From a virus (taxonomy: Duplodnaviria > Caudoviricetes): a DNA stretch of 43,893 bases. Under the pieces are notes generated by a model. The model was not told the DNA's origin. It saw only the letters and a program-made list of their open reading frames with translations, and made no database searches. The stretch lies in IMG/VR virus record IMGVR_UViG_3300033149_003492, positions 1-43,893 of that record. The stretch is one strand, 5' to 3'. This document shows positions 28,125 through 36,612 of the stretch, piece by piece. A program made the position numbers and the translations under genes. Within the stretch, counting starts at the first letter, position 1, and every line of letters begins with the position of its first letter.

Positions 28125-28482
28125 TCTCCTGGCTTAGCACTTGGGCTATTGCCTGTAGAAGCTGCCTCTTTGTGCCTGTGAGTTTCTCTTCCATCATCTC
28201 TTTGTACTTATCCCAAGGCGGCGTATTAACGAGTCCACCGATCTGGGGCCAAGCATTCCTAACAAACTGGCTTGCTGCGCAACGAGCTGCCTCATAGAAA
28301 AGCTCTCCGATGTAGCCACCCAATTCCTGCTCGACGTATTTGAGGGTGTCAACAATCTCAGGCGCGGAAGGCTCTGGCACCATGCCCTGCCAATCTCTGA
28401 CAAGTTGGCGGATCTGCTCCTTCCTTTCCCTGATTTCTTGTTCCAATGCTCTAATCGTCTGGAGATTATCCCTGGTCTCCAC
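28111..28482 (-). CDS. Hypothetical coiled-coil protein
   Basis: Operon packing and SD. Confidence 0.6.
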   Translation of the reverse strand: METRDNLQTIRALEQEIRERKEQIRQLVRDWQGMVPEPSAPEIVDTLKYVEQELGGYIGELFYEAARCAASQFVRNAWPQIGGLVNTPPWDKYKEMMEEKLTGTKRQLLQAIAQVLSQEIADD

Positions 28483-29209
28483 TAGTTCCCTCCTCCTTCT
28501 GTATCGCCCGCAGAGCCTCGGCGGGGTCGTCGGTATAGTCGAAAAGCTGTGTCCAAATCTCAGTAGTCCATCCTCTAATGCTTCGATAGCGCCCGTCGCT
28601 CCTCACCAAACGCGAGTCTTTCCGCATCCCTCGAACTAACTCCCCTATCTCGGCGTCGGCCTTCAGATCAGCGTTTATTGCTTCCAACTCCACCACCCGC
28701 TGCCGAAGTTGCTCGTTCTCGGCTCTGAGCTCCCGCAGGGCTATATCCTGAATCCCTACCTTGTCAGATTCCATGGGGCGACTCTCCTGTATCGTCCGCA
28801 GAGCCTCGGCGGGATTGCCGATTGTGGTTGCGAGGGCTGTCCACTCCTCGGTAGTTCCTCCTATAATCCCCCGATAACACATCTGATCACCCCTCAACTG
28901 TGTGTAATCTGCCCTTCCCCGCACCAATCGCCCTATCTCAGCGTCAGGTTCTAGTTCAGCGATGCGTTCCTTGAGCCTGGGGATCTCGTCATCGGCTTGG
29001 CCAACGGTTGTGTCGGGGTCTTTGGGCGTCGTCTCACGGCTGAACATCAGGAGAAGGTTTATTCTCGTCTCGTGGCGCTCGACTAGCTGGCTCAGTTCTA
29101 GGAGCCACTCATACAACGCTTCCGGGAAAATAAACGTCTCCTCCCCTCGAACGGTCGCCGTGCGCACCAACACCTTTTCTCCTAGCCGTTCGCTCAGTTT
29201 CTTGGCCAT
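28466..29209 (-). CDS. Hypothetical protein with an internal tandem duplication
   Basis: DAEIG.LVRG...W...PAEALR.IQ occurs twice. Confidence 0.65.
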   Translation of the reverse strand: MAKKLSERLGEKVLVRTATVRGEETFIFPEALYEWLLELSQLVERHETRINLLLMFSRETTPKDPDTTVGQADDEIPRLKERIAELEPDAEIGRLVRGRADYTQLRGDQMCYRGIIGGTTEEWTALATTIGNPAEALRTIQESRPMESDKVGIQDIALRELRAENEQLRQRVVELEAINADLKADAEIGELVRGMRKDSRLVRSDGRYRSIRGWTTEIWTQLFDYTDDPAEALRAIQKEEGTSGDQG

Positions 29210-30060
29210 TCTTTGACCTCTCTTCCTTCTCTGTCCAGCAGCGGCCTGCCTGGCCTCAGCCCTGAGTCTTGCTTTAGAAAGCACGGCACTCCGGTCTCGC
29301 GGCATTGGTCGAGCACATCCCAGGCCCATTCTTTCCTGAATGGTCGCCGGTTGGGGCCCGACTCAGCCCCGACTATGACATAGTCCAGACATGGTCGATA
29401 ACCCTCACAGAACGAACACGGCAGGCAATGGAACTTATGTGGTCGGGGAACCCTGCAAGTTGGATCACAGGTGTCTAGGTATTGTACGATGTCTATACGT
29501 GCTAACGCTGGTTCGTAGCTCAGGAATCTTATAGCCGCAGGTATCCCTAAGAGCAGCGGTATTCGCTCCTCAGCAGTGTTCTGATTCTCCGCCGAGATAC
29601 CCAACCACAGGTTGGGAAAAGGCCACGGGCATTTCTCCCCGGACCTGGGATAGACGCTCCTCCTCCATTCCTCTACCCCCCATAGCTCAGCCATCCTTTT
29701 GGGTCGCTTGGTCAATACCTGCCAATCTATGTCTTGTCTCTCGGCTACGATTCCCAGGAACTGGGCAATAAGTGCAGTCGGCACATCCTCGTGAAACAGG
29801 TCTCCCATATCCACGGCGAAGGCCATGGGCTTGCTGTTCGGCCCTCGCCTGAACGGTGGCTTAGGTTGCCAGCGTCGTAGCCGCTCCAGCTTCTCTGGGT
29901 AGATTTGCACCGTAGAGAAGTCTATGCCCCATCTCTGACCCCAGCGGAACCCATAGCAGTTACGGCACCCAGGACTTACCTTCGTGCAACCCAGCACGAA
30001 ATTGAGGTCTCCGCCTGAAAAGTCCGTCCAGCTTATCTTGCTACGCCTTGGCGTCGTCAT
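29194..30060 (-). CDS. DUF5131 / phage Gp37Gp68 family protein
   Basis: SKISWTD, GCTKVSPGCRNCY, MGDLFH, QVLTKRP, RFLSYEP, VIVGAESG, FLKQ motifs. Confidence 0.93.
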   Translation of the reverse strand: MTTPRRSKISWTDFSGGDLNFVLGCTKVSPGCRNCYGFRWGQRWGIDFSTVQIYPEKLERLRRWQPKPPFRRGPNSKPMAFAVDMGDLFHEDVPTALIAQFLGIVAERQDIDWQVLTKRPKRMAELWGVEEWRRSVYPRSGEKCPWPFPNLWLGISAENQNTAEERIPLLLGIPAAIRFLSYEPALARIDIVQYLDTCDPTCRVPRPHKFHCLPCSFCEGYRPCLDYVIVGAESGPNRRPFRKEWAWDVLDQCRETGVPCFLKQDSGLRPGRPLLDREGREVKEWPRN

Positions 30061-30307
30061 CTTTCGCCCTCCAGTCGGCACAGTACCACTCTGTCCAGTC
30101 TCGGTCTACCCGAGGGGGAGGAGCAAAACACGAACCATCGCTCGCCCCGTACCGACATGTTTCGCAACGTTGCTGCCATATTCGCTGCAACTCCCTCAGC
30201 GCCGACCGATAATTCTCCAAGACTTCAGGCATGTTCGTTTCGGCCAGATGCTTCTCACACCACTCCAGTTGCTCCTCAATCCACTCGTCGCTCAGCGGCT
30301 CAGTCAT
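30041..30307 (-). CDS. Small Cys-motif protein (paralog of 30300..30581)
   Basis: PLSDEWIEEQL..RCETCRY..C..YCADW. Confidence 0.6.
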   Translation of the reverse strand: MTEPLSDEWIEEQLEWCEKHLAETNMPEVLENYRSALRELQRIWQQRCETCRYGASDGSCFAPPPRVDRDWTEWYCADWRAKDDDAKA

Positions 30308-30581
30308 TGGCGGTGTCCTTTCGCTGCCAGCTTGCACAACCCCACTCGGGGCCAAAGTCATCACAGGCCCCGTTGCCTTTTTCACAGAGATACCAGTCTT
30401 CATCCTCAAGATAGCTGAAGAACCTGCACGTCTTGCATCGCCGCTGGCGTAGCTCCAGGAGCTCATGTAGAGCAAGAATCTCGATAGCTTCTCGGTTAAC
30501 GATACCAGCCTTGGCTGACGCAAGCAGATAGTTCAGTTGATCCTTGATCTCTCGGTCCGTCAGCGGCGCGTAGTTAGTCAT
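30300..30581 (-). CDS. Small Cys-motif protein (paralog of 30041..30307)
   Basis: PLTDREIKDQL..RCKTCRF..C..GCASW. Confidence 0.6.
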   Translation of the reverse strand: MTNYAPLTDREIKDQLNYLLASAKAGIVNREAIEILALHELLELRQRRCKTCRFFSYLEDEDWYLCEKGNGACDDFGPEWGCASWQRKDTAND

Positions 30582-30603
30582 CGGCACTTTCCTCTGCCAC
30601 ACC

Positions 30604-30996
30604 TCAGAAGGGAATCTCCTCTTGCGTCTCCGGCTCTGGAGCAGTGGCACGCTCTTGGGCACGCTCTTCCGAGCTCCCCAGGAAAACAACTTTGTATGCC
30701 CGCACATCGAGGCTCGCACGCCACTCGCCATTGTTGGTCTGATAGACCCGTGGCTCCTGTATCGTTCCCTCCACAAAAACCTGGCGACCCTTGGAGAGAT
30801 ACTGGTTGCAGGTCTCCGCCAGCCTGCGCCAAGCCGACACGCGGAACCAGACCGTCTTTTTGTTGGTGGAGCCGTCCTTGCTCGTCCACTTCTGGTCTGT
30901 GGCTACCGAGAAATTGGTAACGGCAGTTCCGTCTTGGGTGTATCGCATCACTGGGTCTGCACCCAACCTACCCACAAGAATGATTTTCTGGTACAC
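30604..30996 (-). CDS. ssb: Single-stranded DNA-binding protein
   Basis: GTG start after AGGAGG. KIILVGRLGADP.MRYT..G.AVTNFSVAT, LSKGRQVFVEG and C-terminal EEIPF. Confidence 0.96.
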   Translation of the reverse strand: MYQKIILVGRLGADPVMRYTQDGTAVTNFSVATDQKWTSKDGSTNKKTVWFRVSAWRRLAETCNQYLSKGRQVFVEGTIQEPRVYQTNNGEWRASLDVRAYKVVFLGSSEERAQERATAPEPETQEEIPF

Positions 30997-31025
30997 TGCT
31001 CCTCCTACTTTTCGGGAGATGTCTA

Positions 31026-32156
31026 TTAGCTCTCGGCCTGGGCCGCTTTTTGAGCTACGTATTTGTCCAACTGCTCTCTGCGCATCTTGGGACCCAACTG
31101 TGTTCCTCGTAGTCCAGCCAGAGTTTCTATTCCCCAAGCCTCCAATATCTCCAAGAGACTGAGGGTCAGAGTGTTGAGGCCGTAGTCCAGCAAGTCCAGG
31201 ATAGCGGATACACCCTCCCAACTCATAGTGGTGTCCTTCATGGACTCAACTCCGAACTCTCGATGCGCGTCTGCTCTCTCCAGCCCCAGATTCTTCCATC
31301 TTGCCCAAAACCGCGCTCGTTTCGAGGAATCGCTTGTCCAGTGTTCCGGGCTATCGTTCATGCGCTCTTCTGGTATCTTAGACTCAGCATCCTGGGGTTC
31401 CTCTTGATCCTGGGGCTCCTCTTCAGTCGCTGTGTCTGTTTCTGTGGTGGGGGTGGGTAGTGCGCGTCCCTCACTACTAGAGGGAAGCGAAAGCATTTCA
31501 CTCCGGGATTTGTCTAGTTGGGCAGCAACCCACGCTGCGGCAGGTTCCAGTTTCACCAACCACTTTATGCGACGTACCCTTTTCCCCCCTGTCGAGGGGG
31601 TAGAGATATTTTCTGCTACTCGACGTAGGCAGAAGCCAATGCCACGCAAATCCTCTTGGCCCCTGGCCTCCACTGTTGCCATGAGAGCAGCCTGTATCGC
31701 CAGGATGTCGTGTAGGCTGTGTGTCTCCATAGTAACATAGCCTACATATCCCGCACGGATAAGTGGCGGCAGAATTAGACTAAGCCGTCCCACCTCTTTA
31801 CATCCCCCAGGGCATGGCTTTGGCTCCTGGCTGTAGCTACCATCCTCTCGGAGCCAGATGGTGCAGGTCTCACCATCACAACGATGCAGCAAACCTCCGG
31901 CCTGCCAGTGCTCCTTCCAGCAAGAGAAGTTGTCCTCAATCCGTGCATAGGGCAGGTAAACGTCGATCTCCTGCGGTTCATCCCCATAGACTGCCTGAAA
32001 AGCATTCACTACATCCGGCCTATCGCTGGTGAAGCGAAAATATTCGAGGTCCTTGCCAGGTCTTCGGCCACTCTCTGGGCGAGGGCCACCCTTGCGCAGC
32101 TTGCCGATGCGCGGGAACGTCGGTAGAACCGTATCGGTCAGTCCTCTAATGGCCAT
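31026..32156 (-). CDS. Gp3-like / recombination directionality factor-like protein
   Basis: FPRIGKLRKG..KDLEYFRFTS, HRCDGE, C..GCK.VGRLSL.LP motifs, located in the recombination cluster. Confidence 0.65.
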   Translation of the reverse strand: MAIRGLTDTVLPTFPRIGKLRKGGPRPESGRRPGKDLEYFRFTSDRPDVVNAFQAVYGDEPQEIDVYLPYARIEDNFSCWKEHWQAGGLLHRCDGETCTIWLREDGSYSQEPKPCPGGCKEVGRLSLILPPLIRAGYVGYVTMETHSLHDILAIQAALMATVEARGQEDLRGIGFCLRRVAENISTPSTGGKRVRRIKWLVKLEPAAAWVAAQLDKSRSEMLSLPSSSEGRALPTPTTETDTATEEEPQDQEEPQDAESKIPEERMNDSPEHWTSDSSKRARFWARWKNLGLERADAHREFGVESMKDTTMSWEGVSAILDLLDYGLNTLTLSLLEILEAWGIETLAGLRGTQLGPKMRREQLDKYVAQKAAQAES

Positions 32157-32412
32157 TGGCACGTGCCTCCTCTTGTAGTTGAATTGGGAGCCCAAGAAAG
32201 ACCTCGTTGACTTTGGCGCGTTGCTTTGCTACCAAAGGCAGGGCTTGGGCCTTGACATTCTCCTTAGCCATGCACCATAACTGGCTCATAGCCTCATTCA
32301 GGTCGTCCTCCTCGTCCACCTCGGCCCAAATCGAAATCTCGATGTGTGCGCTTTGGAACTCACCTAAGTTGAACTTGCGCCCATAGGTAACGCTGACATT
32401 CGTTGGCTTCAC
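32146..32412 (-). CDS. Conserved phage hypothetical protein
   Basis: YGRKFNLGEFQSA motif. Confidence 0.7.
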   Translation of the reverse strand: MKPTNVSVTYGRKFNLGEFQSAHIEISIWAEVDEEDDLNEAMSQLWCMAKENVKAQALPLVAKQRAKVNEVFLGLPIQLQEEARANGH

Positions 32413-32428
32413 CGCCTTCCTGCCTTTC

Positions 32429-32692
32429 CTAAGCGTACTCCGGCATCCCGACCCAGCCTAGACTCCCACCTACCCTTCGCTCCTCGAAAGAGAAGGCTAG
32501 GCGCTGCTGACCCCAGGATATGCCCGTAATCCTGCTGTCGGGCACGGCCTTCTCTATGATGCCCCCTAGCCACCAGATGCTGTCGAATGAGTAGCGGCCA
32601 GGGAACTCCACTTCAAACGACCGTTCGTTCTGGGTCAGAGTGTACTCCACCCCCTCAGCCTCCAACGCGCGATCTAGTTCATCCAGGTTCAT
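32429..32692 (-). CDS. Hypothetical protein
   Basis: SD AGGAGGG and operon packing. Confidence 0.6.
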   Translation of the reverse strand: MNLDELDRALEAEGVEYTLTQNERSFEVEFPGRYSFDSIWWLGGIIEKAVPDSRITGISWGQQRLAFSFEERRVGGSLGWVGMPEYA

Positions 32693-33575
32693 TGTTCTCC
32701 CTCCTCTCCTGATACCAGTTGCACCACTGATTCACCCCGCAGTAACCCCTCGGCTTCCCTGCGCATCGGACGCAGAGGCCGGGGCGCTCTACAATTGTGG
32801 CCCTCATACGGGCCTTCGGGTTTAGGTGACATTGAATATAAAGCTCGGCCTCCTCTGGGCTGGCCAATAGTCGTCTGGCCCTCTTTCGGTCTTTCAGCAT
32901 CACTGCCCAGACTGTCGGTTTTTCCCAACGCTCCTCTGGTGTGCAGACGGGGAGTTCGTCATCGGGCCGTCTCTCGGCTCTCCGATGAAACCCAATCCTT
33001 TTTACCACATAATACCAGACACGTTCGGGAGACCAAACCGAGACCGGGATCATCAGGAACGGCCTGGGGGGATAGTCGCCTCCCTGCATAGCACGGCTTC
33101 CCTGCCAGTCACGCAGGATGGCCGCGATGTAAAGCTCATCAACGCGGAACCCGATCTCCCTGTACATCTGCGCATAGATGTTTACTTGTGCATCCCACTC
33201 CGGTGCCTCCCCCCGTGCTGCTGCCAATGCCTTCCAGACTGATGTGTTCTTGTAGTCTACTACTCTGTATTCCTCATACCAGTCGGGCGTGCCGTAGATA
33301 AGTGTGCCGTTGATCCGCCAGGTCAGGCCCTCCTCTTGTAGCGCATTGGCAACATTGCTGTGCTCAAGCGTGGCGTGAATGGCCTGTCCTTGAAGCAGCC
33401 ATAGCCGTTCGCTGGCATCCTCAACCATCTCGTCATCATGTCGTTTGCGCAACATTCGGATGCGTGGCGGTAGCACCAACTCCGTAGCTGAAAAGTCCCC
33501 TCGTGTTGCGTGGCCATCGTAGGTCACTGCGTTTACAATGGCTTGGGGAAGGCCATAGCGATTCGTGATCCTCAC
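32679..33575 (-). CDS. Cas4-like PD-(D/E)XK exonuclease
   Basis: G.AIH..LE, GTPD, VVDYK, QVNIY motifs and C-terminal RC..YC.V..WC cysteines. Confidence 0.85.
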   Translation of the reverse strand: MRITNRYGLPQAIVNAVTYDGHATRGDFSATELVLPPRIRMLRKRHDDEMVEDASERLWLLQGQAIHATLEHSNVANALQEEGLTWRINGTLIYGTPDWYEEYRVVDYKNTSVWKALAAARGEAPEWDAQVNIYAQMYREIGFRVDELYIAAILRDWQGSRAMQGGDYPPRPFLMIPVSVWSPERVWYYVVKRIGFHRRAERRPDDELPVCTPEERWEKPTVWAVMLKDRKRARRLLASPEEAELYIQCHLNPKARMRATIVERPGLCVRCAGKPRGYCGVNQWCNWYQERRENNEPG

Positions 33576-33793
33576 GACCCTATCTCCTGTGGGCAGCTAT
33601 TCCCAAACACATAGAATCGCCGGGCTTCGTGGTCGATGCGAAAGCTGGTGACAGGTTCCTCGTAAGCTACACCGACATCGTTCTGGTAAGCGATGTAGAT
33701 AGGGTAGTCATCGCTTCGCCAATTACTTTCGTTGAAGACCTCTCTAAGAGTCTTTGCCGGTTCGGGCTCAACGTACATTACTGCGACGCTCAT
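33572..33793 (-). CDS. Hypothetical protein
   Basis: SD, coupled to the next gene. Confidence 0.55.
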   Translation of the reverse strand: MSVAVMYVEPEPAKTLREVFNESNWRSDDYPIYIAYQNDVGVAYEEPVTSFRIDHEARRFYVFGNSCPQEIGS

Positions 33794-33805
33794 CCCTCTC
33801 TCCTT

Positions 33806-34165
33806 TCAGTCTAGTAGTTTTAGTAAAACCTTCATAGTAGCGAACTCAGGGGCCAGAAGATAAGGCAGTCCAATCAAGAGACTAGTCAGAGAGGTAATAA
33901 ACCCCATCGGGGCTAATAGAACGCCAATAGCCTGTTTGTCTTCATCAGGAAAGTGAGAATACCCTTGTCTGCTTCCTAGTCCAGAGCCTTCTCGGTAGAA
34001 CCGGACGCCCACTAACCCAACTACAAACAGAACGATACCCACGCCTGTGTATAGCCAGCCGGTCAGGTAGCTGTATCTTAGGGCTGCGGCCCATACACGA
34101 TTTGCTGCGGGCGTCAACAAAGCACCGATTTGCTCCAAGACCTCAATAATCTCTTCAGGATTCAT
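33806..34165 (-). CDS. Membrane protein
   Basis: Two transmembrane segments, ending LLAPEFA. Confidence 0.7.
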   Translation of the reverse strand: MNPEEIIEVLEQIGALLTPAANRVWAAALRYSYLTGWLYTGVGIVLFVVGLVGVRFYREGSGLGSRQGYSHFPDEDKQAIGVLLAPMGFITSLTSLLIGLPYLLAPEFATMKVLLKLLD

Positions 34166-34291
34166 TCTTCTTCCCCCTCTTTCTGATTCCCCTTTTCCCT
34201 CAGCCGACCCACCACTCCAACCACCAGATCAATGCCTGAATTGCCAGGAGCACCAGCATACATAGAAGGCCCTGCCAAATGGCGGGTTTAT

Positions 34292-35047
34292 TCATGGTTG
34301 CTCCACTCCCAGAGCGCCCGTCAAATTGGCCCCAGTCAGATTGGCCCCGGTCACATTGGCCCGGGTCAGGTTAGCATTGGTCAGGTCGGCCCTAGTCAGG
34401 TCGGCCCCTCTCAGATCGGCATCAAGCAAGTAGCTCCAGCACAACACCGCATTGGTCAGGTTAGCCCCGGTCAGGTTGGCCCAGCGTAGGTTGGCCCAGC
34501 CTAGATCGGCCCCGATCAAGTTGGCCTCCCTCAGATTGGCCCGGGCCAGGTTGGCATTGGTCAGGTCGGCCCCAGTCAGGTCAGCCCAGCGTAGGTCGGC
34601 CTCGACTAGGGCGGCCAAATATAGGCTGGCCCCGCGTAAGTTGGCCCCGTGTAGGTCGCCTTTAGAGAGATTGATCCAGCCCAGGTCTGAATATCGTCCC
34701 CAATTGAAGGGCGGACGCAAAGCCCGACACAGAACCCTCCGGTCTATCCTCCGTAACCGTAATGCAGGAACAGCAACCTTCTCTTCATCCTCTCCAGTTA
34801 CCTCCCAGTATTCGGCAAACCAGGGATACCCGCCGGGGTGAAAGACAAGCGACAGATATTTCATCAGGTGGAAGCGCCCTGGGCCACAAGGCTTGCCGTC
34901 CGGTGGGGCTGGCTTGGGGTGACGCATAACCGGCCCCCACTTTACGCCGGGCCCTGGTACGGCATACTCAGTCTGCTTACCCTTAAACCAGGTACAATAC
35001 GAGGCGCCAAGAATCTTGAACCCTCTGTAGCTGGCACGGCTGCTCAT
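34292..35047 (-). CDS. Pentapeptide repeat protein
   Basis: More than 20 A(D/N)Lxx repeats in the C-terminal half. Confidence 0.93.
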   Translation of the reverse strand: MSSRASYRGFKILGASYCTWFKGKQTEYAVPGPGVKWGPVMRHPKPAPPDGKPCGPGRFHLMKYLSLVFHPGGYPWFAEYWEVTGEDEEKVAVPALRLRRIDRRVLCRALRPPFNWGRYSDLGWINLSKGDLHGANLRGASLYLAALVEADLRWADLTGADLTNANLARANLREANLIGADLGWANLRWANLTGANLTNAVLCWSYLLDADLRGADLTRADLTNANLTRANVTGANLTGANLTGALGVEQP

Positions 35048-35238
35048 GCTTGCGCCTCCATCAGCTCCACAAGCGCAGCCTCATTCAGGTAGACGCGGCC
35101 TCGTTCCTCGTCCACTTCGATGTCGTCCAGGCTACTGCGATAGATTTGTCCATTTTGGACCGTCACCAACCAGATTTCGTCATCCTCGATGGCCTCTAGC
35201 TCGTGAAGCATCTCCAAAAGTTCTCCAACTTTCACCTC
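35044..35238 (-). CDS. Small acidic hypothetical protein
   Basis: (V)KVGELLEML start after AGGAGGGAG. The exact start is uncertain. Confidence 0.55.
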   Translation of the reverse strand, partial: EVKVGELLEMLHELEAIEDDEIWLVTVQNGQIYRSSLDDIEVDEERGRVYLNEAALVELMEAQA

Positions 35239-35441
35239 TCCTCCCTCCTCTCTCCGGGCCAAGCGTAGTCCACTGCCCAACCTAGCTGCTCCTGGCTGGC
35301 CTCACTACGCCGCACGACGCCGCACCGACGGCCAGAGCCTCTCTTCTTGTTGTGGTAGACGATGTGACACTCGCCAGTCTCATTCGCCAGGCGGCGAGCC
35401 TGCCGAATCGCGGCCCTCAGACTCAGAAACTGTTCCCCCAT
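35232..35441 (-). CDS. Hypothetical basic protein, first gene of the replication operon
   Basis: SD GGGGAGGG before ATG 35441. Confidence 0.6.
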   Translation of the reverse strand: MGEQFLSLRAAIRQARRLANETGECHIVYHNKKRGSGRRCGVVRRSEASQEQLGWAVDYAWPGERREER

Positions 35442-35652
35442 TGTCGCCCTCCCCGTTTGCTAGTCCCGGTGACTTTCCTGTCAGTGCGCTCTCCGGGCAT
35501 AGCAAGGCGCCCCTTATCAAGTTTCGCCGTCATGTCACTGACTAGCTGGGGACGTGAGTCCGCTTGATAAGGGGCGCTTTGCCCAGAATATCCTATTCTG
35601 TTAGACGGCGAATAAAAGCAAATCGCCCCCAAAGCTGGCCAGTGACACTCTC

Positions 35653-35681
35653 ACTATAGCAGCTTTCCCCCAGGATGTCAA
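35653..35681 (-). promoter_or_regulatory. sigma70-type promoter of the replication operon
   Basis: TTGACA-17 nt-TATAGT with extended -10. It shares TGCTATAGTG with the promoter at 17453-17481. Confidence 0.8.
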
Positions 35682-35710
35682 TGGCTTTCTGAACGAATCT
35701 GAAAAAGCCG

Positions 35711-35737
35711 TTAGCACTCTCTGGTTGAGAGTGCTAA
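35711..35737. promoter_or_regulatory. CIRCE element (HrcA operator)
   Basis: TTAGCACTC-TCTGGTTGA-GAGTGCTAA matches the consensus TTAGCACTC-N9-GAGTGCTAA at 18/18 positions, and it is intergenic. Confidence 0.85.
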
Positions 35738-35746
35738 CTCATGGAC

Positions 35747-35793
35747 AGAAAAGCAACCGCCCTCCAGCGGGCCGGACGCTAGAGAGCGGTCAC
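35747..35793 (-). terminator. Intrinsic terminator at the end of the late operon/ncRNA
   Basis: GUGACCGCUCUCUAGCG-7 nt loop-CGCUGGAGGGCGGUUGC followed by UUUUCU. Confidence 0.7.
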
Positions 35794-35814
35794 TCAGAGG
35801 AGAGACAGATGATA

Positions 35815-36050
35815 GCTGAGGGAGCTAGGCCAGGCACTAACTCCCTCTTAGCAGGAACCTTGCGGTTCCGCGCTCCGCACCCGAAGGAGCGAAGGAGGCT
35901 TACGGGGGTCAGTCTCCTGGGCCGACCCCCAGCGTGAGCCAATTCCCAGGAAACTGACTCACTGTGCAGTGGCTCTGCTTAGTCCTGTGTTCACAAAGCT
36001 ACGCCCAGCGGCAAAACCCTCAGTGGGTCCCGGGCCTGGGCACTGCACCT
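35815..36050 (-). ncRNA. Candidate structured non-coding RNA of unknown class
   Basis: Consecutive stems with G-U pairs on the minus strand, a GCAA tetraloop, a cUUCGg motif, and two hairpins with complementary loops UCCUGGG/CCCAGGA. Confidence 0.65.
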
Positions 36051-36084
36051 GAATTGGGTGCGATTGATCCCAGATTGGGTACAG

Positions 36085-36345
36085 TCACCCACCATTCAAT
36101 GCGCGGCCTGCGTCGTAGACCTCCATACTGCCCAGTGCTAGGAAAAGCACTGTCCAGATACGCTCAAACCAGGCTGCAAAAGCAGGATTCAGTGCCGCTG
36201 CCTCGTTCGCCGACAAGAGCACGGCAGCCACCAGGAACGCAGCGACCTGGGCCCACCTACTAGGCAATCCGACTAGTTTCAGCGCATCTACAATACGTTT
36301 CACAGCTAGAGCACCGGCAACGCCAAAGATCACAAACTCCTCCAT
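36085..36345 (-). CDS. Putative holin
   Basis: 86 aa with 2-3 transmembrane segments, last gene of the late operon. Confidence 0.7.
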   Translation of the reverse strand: MEEFVIFGVAGALAVKRIVDALKLVGLPSRWAQVAAFLVAAVLLSANEAAALNPAFAAWFERIWTVLFLALGSMEVYDAGRALNGG

Positions 36346-36612
36346 TTATCCCTCCTTCTCGAAGAGAAACTTGTAGGCCGGGACGGTGCGAACTATCGCA
36401 TCCCGGCACATCTGTGGAACGCGCTTGCAGTCTAGGACACCCGCATTGAAAGCACGGTTTAGTATATTCGACATATGGGTTTGTGACAAACCAGCCCACT
36501 CACTCCATTGCCGCGTGGTGTAGTATCCCTCTGGTATACCATCTCCTTCTTTCCCAGAGACCAGTGCCAACAAGTCGTCCAGTGTGAACTCGCTTGGCAT
36601 CTCAATCCGCAT
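36346..36612 (-). CDS. Small HTH-like protein
   Basis: PEGYYTTRQWSEWAGLSQTH pattern. Confidence 0.6.
   Translation of the reverse strand: MRIEMPSEFTLDDLLALVSGKEGDGIPEGYYTTRQWSEWAGLSQTHMSNILNRAFNAGVLDCKRVPQMCRDAIVRTVPAYKFLFEKEG

Noticed and set aside
35507-35577. SAM-I riboswitch (CUUAUCAAG...GAUAAG) or hammerhead ribozyme
   Set aside because: Only the P1-like ends match. The SAM-I core (GAGGGA, GCAACC, GUGC) and the hammerhead CUGANGA are absent.
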